64,000 nucleotides of DNA from the NCBI RefSeq assembly GCF_030144855.1, contig NC_082723.1, positions 38,874,001-38,938,000 of the forward strand, read 5' to 3'. Position 1 is the first letter of the stretch. The number at the start of each line of letters is the position of its first letter. The position numbers and the translations under genes were made by a program. The notes under the pieces are model-generated. The model saw only the letters and a program-made list of their open reading frames with translations. It had not been told where the DNA came from and did no database searches. Source of the stretch: Hypanus sabinus. Lineage: Eukaryota. Shown here piece after piece: positions 40,936 to 51,689 of this stretch.

Positions 40936-42429
40936 GGCTGTGAAATTCTAGAATCCTCTCTCAAAGGGTTTTTGTAGCTATGCAATTCAGCTAGTTAAGT
41001 TTCTAGTCAAAAATAACCTGAAGAATTAACTCATTTGAGCATTGATCATAATCAGAATCAGGTTTACTGTCACTGACGTAAGTCATGAAATTTGTTTTGT
41101 GTTAGCAGTACAGTGCAGGCATAATGAAATTATGAAAGTTATAAAGGCATAAATTACAAAACATATAAGCAGTTCAAAATAAGAATTGGGAGATAGTGTT
41201 TGTGAGTTCATGGACCATTCAGAAATGTGATGGCAGAGGGGAAGATGCTGTTCTTAAAATGTTGAGTGTGTCTTCAGGGTCATGTACCTTTTCCCTGATG
41301 GTAATAATGAGAAGAGAGCTTGCCCCTTTCGAAGGCATCTTCAAAAGACGAGATGCAATACCAAATCAATGCTCACTAGAGGTCTTGATGCATCCAGTTT
41401 TCATAGCTTCAAGAAGCAAACCACAATGCAGACAAGTACTAATGTCTGCTACGTGTTATCCTTGTCTCCGAGCAGGATGACAATTCACAAACACCCATTA
41501 CCAACACATAACCTTCACACTATCGCAGGCTGTGCACCCATGCTAGTTCATTTCATTACTTAACAATCACTCAATTTGATTACTTAATCATTGTTGATAT
41601 GCTGACAGAATAATCTGAGGACTGTAAGAAAATTTGATCTGTAAATTTGCACATTTTATGAAATCAGGAGAGTTGTTATAAAGAGGAAGTTTATCGTAGA
41701 TTACAAGGGGATCTTGATCAGTGGCAAATGGATTTCAACACAGATAAGTGTGAGGTGATGTAGTGAAGTGGTTGAGGCAGCCTGAAATGATGTCTCTTTC
41801 ATTCTTCATTTTCCATTCTTCGTTACCTACATGGTTAGAGGGTACCACCATGCCAAATGACAACAAGGATCATCACAGCCAATCCTTCCTTTGCCTCTTT
41901 AATGCATCCACAGTAGGTGTGATATCCTAATATCTTCAGAAACTACATGAGACAACTGCAGCTCCCAGCTAGGACTTCATCCAGAACTGCTCAGGTCATA
42001 GCAATGGGATCAAAGCTGTTTATTCAATCATTCTTGTTTATTGATCAACTGGGAGAATTCAGAAAACATTATTAACTATTCATTCACAAATACACCTCAG
42101 TTATCAATAATAAGAGAATAATTTAATCTATTTCATAAGCATCACCAAATCAACTACTGGTTAACTTATGATCTTTTGTGGTTCAAATAACATCCTTTAA
42201 CTAAACACTTAAGGATGGAATATGGAGAATGGTTTGGTCAATGTAAAAAAAAAGCCTTATTTTTTCAATTTTTTGAACAAACATTATAAAACCTTTTCCT
42301 TTAAACATTCCCAGCACAGGTAAATCACTTTACCTTTAACCTATAGAAACTAGAAAGAAACCAGGGGATATAGAAAGAGAATGGGAAAGTGTAATTGAAC
42401 CAAAGGATGTATTAACCAATTGTTGGCTG

Positions 42430-43100
42430 AATGAATTGGCCTATTGGAGAGAGATTGAAAATCTGGTTGAGTGGTGCTGCAACAGCAACTTCTCACTCAA
42501 TATCAGCAAGAAAAAAAAATGATTACCAACTACCATTGGAAGAAGCTGGATGTCCATGATTATTCCTCATTAGGAGAATGGAGGGGAAGCTTTAAGTTCC
42601 ATATTCCATTATAGCATTAATATATCGGAGGATCTGTCCTAGGATAGGGACATAAATGTCATCACAAAGAAAACATATCAGCACCTCTACTTTCTTAGAA
42701 GCTTGTATAGATTTTGCATGTTACCAAAAACTTTTGACAAGCTTCTAGAGATGCACAGTAGAGAGTACCCTAACAAGTTGCATCACAGCCTGATATAGAA
42801 GCACCAATTCCCAGGAACAGAAAAGGCTACACAAAGTTGTGGAATTAGCCCAGTCCATCACAGGCAAAGCACTCCTCACCGTTGAGTATATTTACAAGGA
42901 GCACAGACACAAGAAAGCAGCATCATCAAAGACTCCCACCATCCAAGCCATGCCTTCTTCTCACTGTTACCATTGGGCAGAAGGTACAGAAGAAGCCTTA
43001 AGATCCACACCACAAGGTTCAGGAACAGTTATTGCCCTACAACAACCATGGTGCCTGAACCAGTGTGGACAACTTCATTCACTACTACTCTGAACTGATT
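42430..43100 (+). mobile_element. Rex1/Babar-like LINE fragment
   Basis: LVEWCCNSNFSLNISK, LYFLRSL.RF, AQSITG motifs, decayed. Confidence 0.7.
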
Positions 43101-43129
43101 CTATGACACTCACTTTAAAGACCCTAGTA

Positions 43130-44970
43130 GTTAGTAGGCAGACAGGGTGATGTGGCCCTGTGTATGAGAAATAATATTAAATCATTAGAAAGGGATGACA
43201 TAGGAATGGAAGGTGTAGAGTCTCTATGGGTTGAGTTAAGAAATGCAAGGGTAAAAGGACCCTAATGACAGTTGTATACAGGCCTCCAAACAGCAGCTGG
43301 GATGTGGATTACAAATTACAGCAGGAGATAGAAATGGCCTGTCAGAAGGGCAATGTCATGATAATTTTTGGGGATTTGAACATGAAAGTGGATTGGGAAA
43401 ACCAGGCCAGTACTGGACCTCGAGAGAGAATTTGTAGAATGTCTAAGGGATGGTTTTTTATAACAGCTTGTTGTTAAGCCCACTAGGGGATCGGCTGTTC
43501 TGGATTGGGTGTTGTGCAATGATCCAGAGGTGATAAAAGAGTTTAAGGTTATGAAACCCTTAGAGAACAGTGATCACAATGTGATCGAGTTCACTTTGAA
43601 ATTTGAGAAGGAGAAACTAAATTCCAATGTGTTGGTATTTCAATGGAATAAAAGAAATTACAAAGGCATGAGAGGGGACTGGAAAGAGACACTAGCAGGA
43701 AGGACAGCAGAGCAGCAATGGCTGGAGTTTCTGCGAAAAATGAGAGAAGTGCAAGATAGATATATACTAAATAAAAAGCAAAAGAGAGGGAAAACAAGGA
43801 AGCCAAAGAGGAAGCTGGCAACTAATATCAAAGAAGATACTAAAAGCTTTTTCAAGAGTATAAAGGGTAAAAGAGAGTCGAGGGTAGATACAGGACCAAT
43901 AGAAAATGACGCTGGAGATATTGTAATGAGAGACACAGAGACGGCAGAGGAACTGAATGCATATTTTGCATCAGTCTTCACAGTGGAAGACATCTGCAGA
44001 TAACTAGACATTCAAGAGTGTCAGAGAAGTGAAGTGTGTGCAGTGAAAATTATGACTGAGAAGGTGCTCAGGAAACTTAATGGTCTGAGGGTGGATAAAT
44101 CTCCTGGACCTGATGGAATGCACCCTTGAGTTCTGAAGGAAATAGACAGTAGGTGCAGGAGTAGGCCATTCGGCCCTTCTAGCCAGCTCCGCCATTCTCT
44201 GTGATCATGGCTGATCATACCACAATCAGTACCCTGTTCCTGCCCTCTCCCCATATCCCTTGACCCTGCTATCTATAAGAGCTCTATCTAACTCTCTCTT
44301 GAATGCATCCAGAGACTTGGCCTCCACTGCCTTCTGGTGCAGAGCAGTCCACATATCCACCACTCTCTGGGTGAAAAAGTTTTTCTGCATCTCTGTTCTA
44401 AATGGCCTACACCTTATTCTTAAAATGTGGCCTCTAGTTCTGGACTCACCCATCAGCGGGAACATACTTCCTGCCTCCAGTGTGTCCAATCCCTTAATAA
44501 TCTTATATGTTTCAATCAAATCCCCTCTCATCCTTCTAAATTCCAGTGTATACAAGCCCAGTCGCTCCAATCTTTCAACATATGACAGTCCCGCCATTCC
44601 GGGAATTAACCTACGCTGCACTCCCTCAATAGCAAGAATGTCCTTCCTCAAATTTGGAGACCAAAACTGCACACAATACTCCAGGTGGGGTCTCACCAGG
44701 GCCCTGTACAGCTGCAGAAGGACCTCTTCCTATACTCAATTCCTCTTGTTATAAAGGCCAGCATGCCATTAGCTTTCTTCACTGCCTGCTGTACCTGCAT
44801 GCTTGCTTTCATTGACTGATGTACAAGAACACCTAGATCTCGTTGTAGATTTGCAGAAGCAATAGATAATGACATTTCAAGATTCTGGCATTTTACTGGA
44901 TGACTGAAAAATTGCAAATATTACTCCGCTATTTAAGAAGGGTGGGAGGCAGCAGAAAGGAAATTATAGA
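43130..44970 (+). mobile_element. CR1 LINE ORF2 (APE endonuclease to RT start), interrupted by an opposite-strand CR1
   Basis: VVYRPPN, IFGDLN, SDHNVIEF, LNAYFASVFT, KSPGPDGMHP, NITPLFKKG.RQQKGNYR. Confidence 0.88.
44143..44845 (-). mobile_element. CR1 LINE 3' fragment nested in another CR1
   Basis: ORF 44226..44696 RPHLEYCVQFWSP...RRMRGDLIETYKI...FFTQRVV. Confidence 0.9.
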
Positions 44971-45044
44971 CACATACAAACAAGCTGGATGAACTTAGCA
45001 GGTTGGGCAGCATCCGGTGAAATGAGCAGTCCATCTGCTAACAA

Positions 45045-45535
45045 TAAGAAGTCCATCTAAAAAAACCCAACGCCCTGCTGCTCGCTTTGTGCTAAACGAT
45101 TACAGCAGGAAATCTAGTGTCACCAACATGCTCTTTAACCTTCAATGGGAACCACTTGAAAACCGAAGTACTAAACTACAGTTAATCTCCATTTTCAAAG
45201 AAGTTCACAACATCACTCTATCAAACATCCAAATTCATCACAGGGTCAGTTCAACTCGACAGCAAACTGGAACTTATATACTGGAAACCCCTTCATTCAA
45301 CAAGATTTGCTACCAGTACTCCCTTTACCCAAAATCAACAAGAGAATGGAATCTTCTGCTGCCAGACATGCGCAGTATTTCTGACATTAATATTTTTAAA
45401 GATAGACTCAATCAAATCAATTTAAGGGATCTAGTCACTTTACAAATTAACTCTCATGCTGTTCACACCAACTGTGCATTATAACAGTCATCCGGCAGTG
45501 CTTGCACAATACCAAGCAGAAGCAGGAGCAGAATA
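45045..45535 (+). mobile_element. CR1-group (Daphne/Crack-like) LINE 3' end, distinct from the local CR1 family
   Basis: AARFVLNDYSRKSSVTNMLFNLQWEPLENR...YQYSLYPKSTREWNLL; short (gaagca)n tail. Confidence 0.65.
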
Positions 45536-45544
45536 AATAAACGG

Positions 45545-46240
45545 ATAAAAATGCAGAGGTGAAAAGGAACTTGGGAGTCCTTGTGCAGGATACCCTAAAG
45601 GTTAACCTACAGGTTGAGTCAGTGGTGAAGAAGGCAAATGCAATGTTGGCATTCATTTCTAGAAGTATAGAATATAAGAGCAGGGATGTGATGTTAAAGC
45701 TCTATAAGGCACTCGTGAGACCACAATTGAAGTATTGTGTGCAGTTTTGGGCTCCTCATTTTAGAAAGGATATACTGACATTGGAGAGGGTTCAGAGAAG
45801 ATTCACGAGAATGATTCCAGGAATGAAAGGGCTACCATATGAGGAACATCTGGCAGCTCTTGGACTGTGTTCCCTGGAGTTCAGGAGAATGGGCGGGGGG
45901 GGGCAGATCTCATAGAAACATTCCGAATGTTACAAAGCCTGAACAGATTAAGATATGGCAAAGTTATTTCCCATGGTAGGGGATTCTAGACAAGAGGCAC
46001 GACTTCAGGATTGAAGGGTGGTAAATCTGTGGAATTTGTTGCTACGAGTGGCTTTGGAGGCCAAGTCACTAGGTGCATTTAAGGCAGAGATAGATGGGTT
46101 CTTGATCAGCCAGGGCATCAAAAGGTATGGGGATAAGGCAGAGGAGTGGGGATGACTGGAATAATTGGATCAGACCACGAGTGAATGGTGGAGCAACTCG
46201 ATGGGCCAAATGGCCTACTACTGCTCCTATATCTTATGGC
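45545..46240 (+). mobile_element. CR1 LINE 3' fragment
   Basis: KKANAMLAFISRSIEYKS...CVQFWAP...LERVQRRFTRMIPG; ggcctactactgctcctatatcttatgg tail. Confidence 0.9.
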
Positions 46241-47147
46241 CCCTTTATAACTTATGTTCGCAGAGTTATTTGCAGCTTGTCTTCTTCTGTTTTTTTAAGT
46301 TTTTGTTTGTTTTCTGTACAATTTTTAAAAAATCTACTGTATTTCTTTATTCCTGGAAATACCTGCAAGTAAATGAATCTCAATGAATGCCTGCAAGAAA
46401 TAACTCTTAAGTAGTATGTTTAACAATATTGTTAACAGTGCAACATGTGAGGAACGTTACCTCAGTATAATTTTGCACACCTAGATCTGACTGAGAAACT
46501 CTTTCAGATATTTCTGGTTAGCAGTTAGTGAAGATTTTTATTGCTTTTTTTTTATATAAACATGCCCTAAATTTTTCTCCAGTCTAGTTAATAACGGGAT
46601 TGATTGGATAGTTGTTAGTGACTCTTGGGAACTCTGTATTAAATATTGCAGAGCTAAAAAAAGAGTTGAGATTACAGTGATAATTAATTTATGTGGTCAT
46701 TTACATCAACAGAAACAGACTAAATATTTCATTAATCTGAGCAAGGCAATATAAAAACAAATGATTATAGCTTACTCTATAATTAATATGCAGAGAGGTT
46801 TAGAAAGGAAGCTCCAAAACTTTGAGCTTGGGAATTGGGAGTCCTGGGCCAGGGCAATTGAAATTGGGGTTGCACAGGTGGTTGGAACTGAAATAACAGA
46901 GGTGATCTCAAAGTGTTGTAAGGCCTGAAATCACAGAGTCATACAGCACAGAAATGAGGCCCTTCAGCCCAATTGATCCATGTTGACTAAGATTCCCATC
47001 TGAGCTAGCCCCATTTGACCCATCTATCTTCTGGCTGTCTTTTACTTCTGTCTCACTGGATATAATCAATAAAACATTCAGTTCCTTCAATGAGCCTATG
47101 AATAGTGCTGTAATTTTGACTAACCTGTTCCATTACATATACTGTAA

Positions 47148-47355
47148 GACAAGAAAATCTGCAGATGTTGGAAATCCGAGCAACGCATGCAAAATGCTGG
47201 ATGAACTCAGCAAGCCAGGCAGCATCTGTGGAAAAGTATAAACAATTGACGTTTCAGGCCAAGACCCTTCTTCAGGACCCAAAATGTCAACTGTTTACTC
47301 TTTTCCATAGATACTGTCTGGCTTGTTGAGTTCCTCCAACATTTTGTGTGTGTTG
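47148..47355. mobile_element. Inverted pair of Penelope pseudo-LTRs with hammerhead core
   Basis: aaaatgctgg..aactcagc..gcagcatct arm mirrored by agatactgtc..ttgagtt..aacatttt; minus strand CTGAAGA-AGGGTCTTGGCCT-GAAAC-GTC at 47248-47275. Confidence 0.8.
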
Positions 47356-47699
47356 TCTGTTATATACAAGAATTATTTTACTTCTGTATTCCAATTTAAT
47401 CTCGTGATCATTTCCTTCCATTATTATAAATGCCCAAATATCTTATTTTACAATTTTATCTACTTATTAAAAAACACTTCTCTGCTCATCCTGCAGCTTC
47501 CCTCGGAATTTGACAAGTTTCCCATCTCGATTCTCGTAAGTGGCATTTATTTATTTTAGACCAGAAACATGAAGCTTGGTGTTCAATATAAAGAATGAGC
47601 CGCTGAAAGCATCTGAATCGGAAGAATTTTATAACTGAGATGTTCTCGGAAACCAGCAAACACAGTGGGACTTGATGCAAGTAGAGGTACAGGTAGTCG

Positions 47700-48430
47700 G
47701 GTTTTGCGTGTGCTAAAGGTGGGTGATGAAAGTCTGACCAACCCGAACCCTTCCAGAGTTATATTTGACGTCGGCTCCACACTGATTTCTCGTCGAGTAC
47801 AGACCTGGTCCTCCGCGGCTCCCTGATATAATTTCGCCTGAGGGAGGTTAGCAAATCTCTGGCACTTCCAGCCGCGCCACCACTGTAACTGGTGGGAAAG
47901 AGTGCGTATTTCTGTACCGTCCCAACACAATCCGAAACCCCCCCACCTGAGGGACTGGGACACGGCACTCTGACCGGGGGAAGACTTCAAGTTCAGGATC
48001 GTGGCCAGGCCGGGGCAGCTCCCCAGAGGGCACTATTCTTGGTTATCTAACGTTAGCCTCACCGCTTACCTCGCACACGGACTTCTGCCCCTCTACCGAC
48101 TCTCGGAGCCCACAAGTCGGAGCCATGAAACAATCCGCGGCTCTTAGCAACGCAAGCGAAGCGGCTCAGTAACTCCAGGCGCGGTGCACGTCGGGCACTC
48201 GGAGGACTCGCGGCGGAGCTGTCGAGCTGCATGCTGCGGAGGCTGGGGTCGCGGTGCATTCGGGGATAGTGGAGGACCGGCTGCGGTTCATCCTGGAGCT
48301 GAAGGCGCACAAATGGAGAAAGGCAGCTGGCGGCTCATGTCTCGGGAACGCATGCCTCTGAGGTTGATATCCCGGAAGCCTGGACCGTAGGAAAGAGTCT
48401 CTCTCAGCCTTCCAAGATCGACTCTAATCC
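47700..48430 (-). promoter_or_regulatory. CpG island: probable INPP5E promoter and non-coding first exon (donor GAG|gtaagc at 48070/48069)
   Basis: The only CpG island upstream of INPP5E coding exon 1. Strong minus-strand donor; RFX half-site CTTAGCAAC 48143-48151; ETS core CCGGAAG near 48372. Confidence 0.7.
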
Positions 48431-49469
48431 TCCAGGAATACAGAATCCTCTCCTGTATCCACTGAACAAAACACAGTTTAGGGATTAGAGTGGTCATTCT
48501 TATTAGCCCTGTCAACTGGCTGTTACTGCCAGAGAACCAGTCACTTCTCGAACCAAAAATAAATTTTAGTACCAGTTTAGTACAAGTACCAGTTTATTAT
48601 TGTAAACGTTTTCCTCTTCCTCTCTCTCAAATGCGAGAGCAGGTATAAACAGATTAGCTGTTATGAGCGTTTCTCGGGGATCGCAGAAGTACTGATTTTT
48701 GGAAACTGAAATAAGTACTGCAGACGATGTTTTAGTATAGTGTTCTGCGTTTTATTGTAGCGAAGTAAGAAGCTTCAGTGAGATTAAGCAAGCAATAGAG
48801 AAACATTTTCTATAAATATTTTAGTACAGTGGCAGGGTATGGGACTGTGGAAGAGGGGGTTGCTACTGTATGCGGCAACCAATGGGTTCATAACAATCAC
48901 ATCTGCAACCAGAGTGTGCAGATCAAGAGCGAACAGAATTTCCTAGAAGTGAAATCTGAGATCCCGACACCGCGATGCATCGGGGTGGGGTGGGGGGGGG
49001 GGCGACGCCTGCTGATATTTCATTCCACGAAGCCCTTAAGAACTCTGGAACTGGTCGTACTCGAGGGATAAAAACACGTGAACTCGAACGAGGAAGGTGT
49101 GGAGATCCTGAAGATGGCATTACAGAAGTCTTGAGGTTCCGGCAGGCCTGAGGTTCAGGTGGCCTGTGTTCATGAGAACAGTTTGCAGGACAGAAGACCA
49201 AATTGACAACAAGGTCGTGCTCCAAGGGACCGTTCAAGTCAGAGAGTGAAAATGAATGTACTGGTTATACTATACTGTAATTTAGATTCTGTTCTCTGTA
49301 GCCGTGAGAATGAGCTTCAAAGGTTGTGATGCCTGCCCAGTTCTAAGGTTTATCAACGTTTCCTGTTGATAAAGATACAACAGAGATTATAGAAAGAACA
49401 GGCAGGAGATGAGGCTTAATCAAAGCCAATGGCATGTGTTACAAGGTAATAGAGACGTGGTGCAGTTAA

Positions 49470-50712
49470 AACAGAAAGCAACAAGTACTGGACAGAATGT
49501 CATATTTGAATGCACGTAGCATGAGAAATAAAATGGACGATCTTGAAATTCAGCTGCAGATTGGCAATTATGACGTTGTGGCCATCTCTGAAACTTGGGT
49601 AAAGGATGGCTGCCATTGGGAGCTGAACGTCCAAGGGTATACGGTGTATCAGAAAGATAGGTTAGTAGGCAGAGGGGGTGATGTGGCTCTGTGTAAAAGA
49701 AACAAGATTAAATCATTGGAAAGAGAAGACATAGGATTGGAAGATGTAGATTCTTTATGAGTTGAGTTAAGAAAGGATAAAAGGACCCTAATGGCAGTTG
49801 TATACAGGCCTCCAAACAATAGCTGGGATGTGGATTACAAATTACAGCAGGAGTTAGAAGAGGCGTGTCAGAAAGGCAATGTCATGATAATCGTTGGGGA
49901 TTTTAACATGAAAGTGGATTGGGAAAACCAGGCAAGTACTGGACCTCAAGAGAGAGAATTTGTAGAATGTCTAAAGGACATTCAGAACATTCATTTTAGA
50001 ACAGCTTGTTGTTGAACCCACTAGAGGACTGGCTGTGCTGGATTGGGTGTTGAGCAATGATCCAGAGGTGATAAGAAAGGTTAAGGTTAAGAAACCCTTG
50101 GGAAACAGTGATCACAATATGATCGTGTTCACTTTGAAATTTGAGAGGGAAAAAATAAAATCCAATGTGTTGGTATTTCAGTGAAATAAAGGAAATTAAA
50201 ATAGCATGAGAGGGGAACTGGCTGAAGTTGACTGGAGAGGGACATTTGCAGGAAAGACAGCAGAGCAGCAATGGCTGGAGTTTCTGCGAAAAATGAGGGA
50301 TGTGCAAGATAGATATATTCCAATAGGAACAAATTTTCAGAGGGAAGAAGGACACCACTGCGGCTGACAAGTGAAGTAAAAGCAAAAGAGAGGTCAAACA
50401 AGGAAGCCAGAGCTAGTTGGAAGATAGATTGGGAAGCTTTTAAAAACTTGCAGAAGGAAACTAAGAAGGTCATTTGGAAGGAAAAGATAAATTCTGAGAG
50501 GAAGCTGGCGACTAATATCAAAGAAGATACCAAAAGCTTTTCTAAGTATATAAAGGGTAAAAGAGAGTCAAGGGTAGATATAGGACCAATAGTAAATGAT
50601 GCTGGAGATATTGTAATGAGAGATGCAGAGATGGCAGAGGAACTGAATACGTATTTTGAAGTGGACCAGCCCATCATTGGCCTACTTCTGCTCCTGAACC
50701 TTATGGTCTTAT
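49470..50712 (+). mobile_element. CR1 LINE ORF2 5' part (APE domain) joined to a CR1 3' tail (internally deleted)
   Basis: YLNARSMRNK...YDVVAISETW...VVYRPPN...IVGDFN...SDHNMI; same family as 43130-44970. Confidence 0.88.
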
Positions 50713-50904
50713 TTTCAGCAGTGATGAGAAAAGATCCTGATATCACGGTCTATATGGGAACCAATTACATGTGATTCCACTAATGGGCTCTGAAGAGCTA
50801 GGCTCCAAATTAAAAAAATAACTACAAAGATAACGACCTTAGGTTGTTTTAAGACACATTCACATTTACTTGGGGTAAACACTAGAGAAGTGAATGTGAG
50901 GCTC

Positions 50905-51450
50905 AGAAGTTCAAAGCAAAATTTATTATTAGAGTACAAACATGTCACCACATATATCTCTGATATTTTTACCTGCAGGCATACTTAGCAAATCTATAGA
51001 ACAGTAACTGTAAACAGGATCAATGAACAACAAACTGTGCAAATGCAAATATAAATAAATAGTAATAAATGATGAGGATAAAATAAAAAGATAAAGAGTT
51101 CTTAAATTAGAAATAGATTGAGTGTAGTTATCCCCTTTTGTACAGGAGCCTGATGGTTGAGGGCTAGTATCTGTTCTTGAACCTGGTGGTGCAAGTCCTG
51201 AGGCACTTGTACCTTCTACCTGATGGCAGTGGTGAGAAAAGAGCGTGGCCCAGGTGGTAAGGATATTTGATGATGGATGCAGCTTTCCTACAGCAGTGTT
51301 TACTGTAGACGTGCTCTATGATTGGGAGGGTTCCACCCGTGATGTACTGGGCCAAATCCACTACCTTTTGTAGGATTTTCTGCTCAAAGGAATTCCCATA
51401 CCAGGTTGTAACGCAGCCTGTCAGCACACTTTCCACCACACACCTATAGA
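50905..51450 (-). mobile_element. Rex1/Babar-like LINE 3' fragment
   Basis: VESVLTGCVTTWYGN...LPSGRRYK..RT.TTRFKN. Confidence 0.8.
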
Positions 51451-51689
51451 AGACCTGAAAGTAAAGGAAAAATAGATGACATTTAAAAATTAGTTTGCAA
51501 GTAAAATTTATCCCATATTGCTACAATAACAGGAAGGGTCAGAAACATGGGCTGGCTGCAGCAATCACGAGAACTTCAAGAGATGGTTTTTACTTTTGAC
51601 CTAATATTATCTTAGTGTTGCAAATGTAGGGAACCAAGAAACATTTCAGAAGCCAGCAAAGGGAAGCTGAAATATTGACAAGTAGATAA

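Noticed and set aside
47583-48515. Cluster of 60-135 aa ORFs in the CpG island
   Set aside because: Expected in GC-rich DNA; no recognisable domain; better explained as promoter and non-coding exon.
51400-51450. Possible derivation of the minisatellite unit from the neighbouring Rex1 sequence (TAGA..GTGGAG..CAGG)
   Set aside because: The similarity is short and gapped, and cannot be distinguished from chance without alignment statistics.
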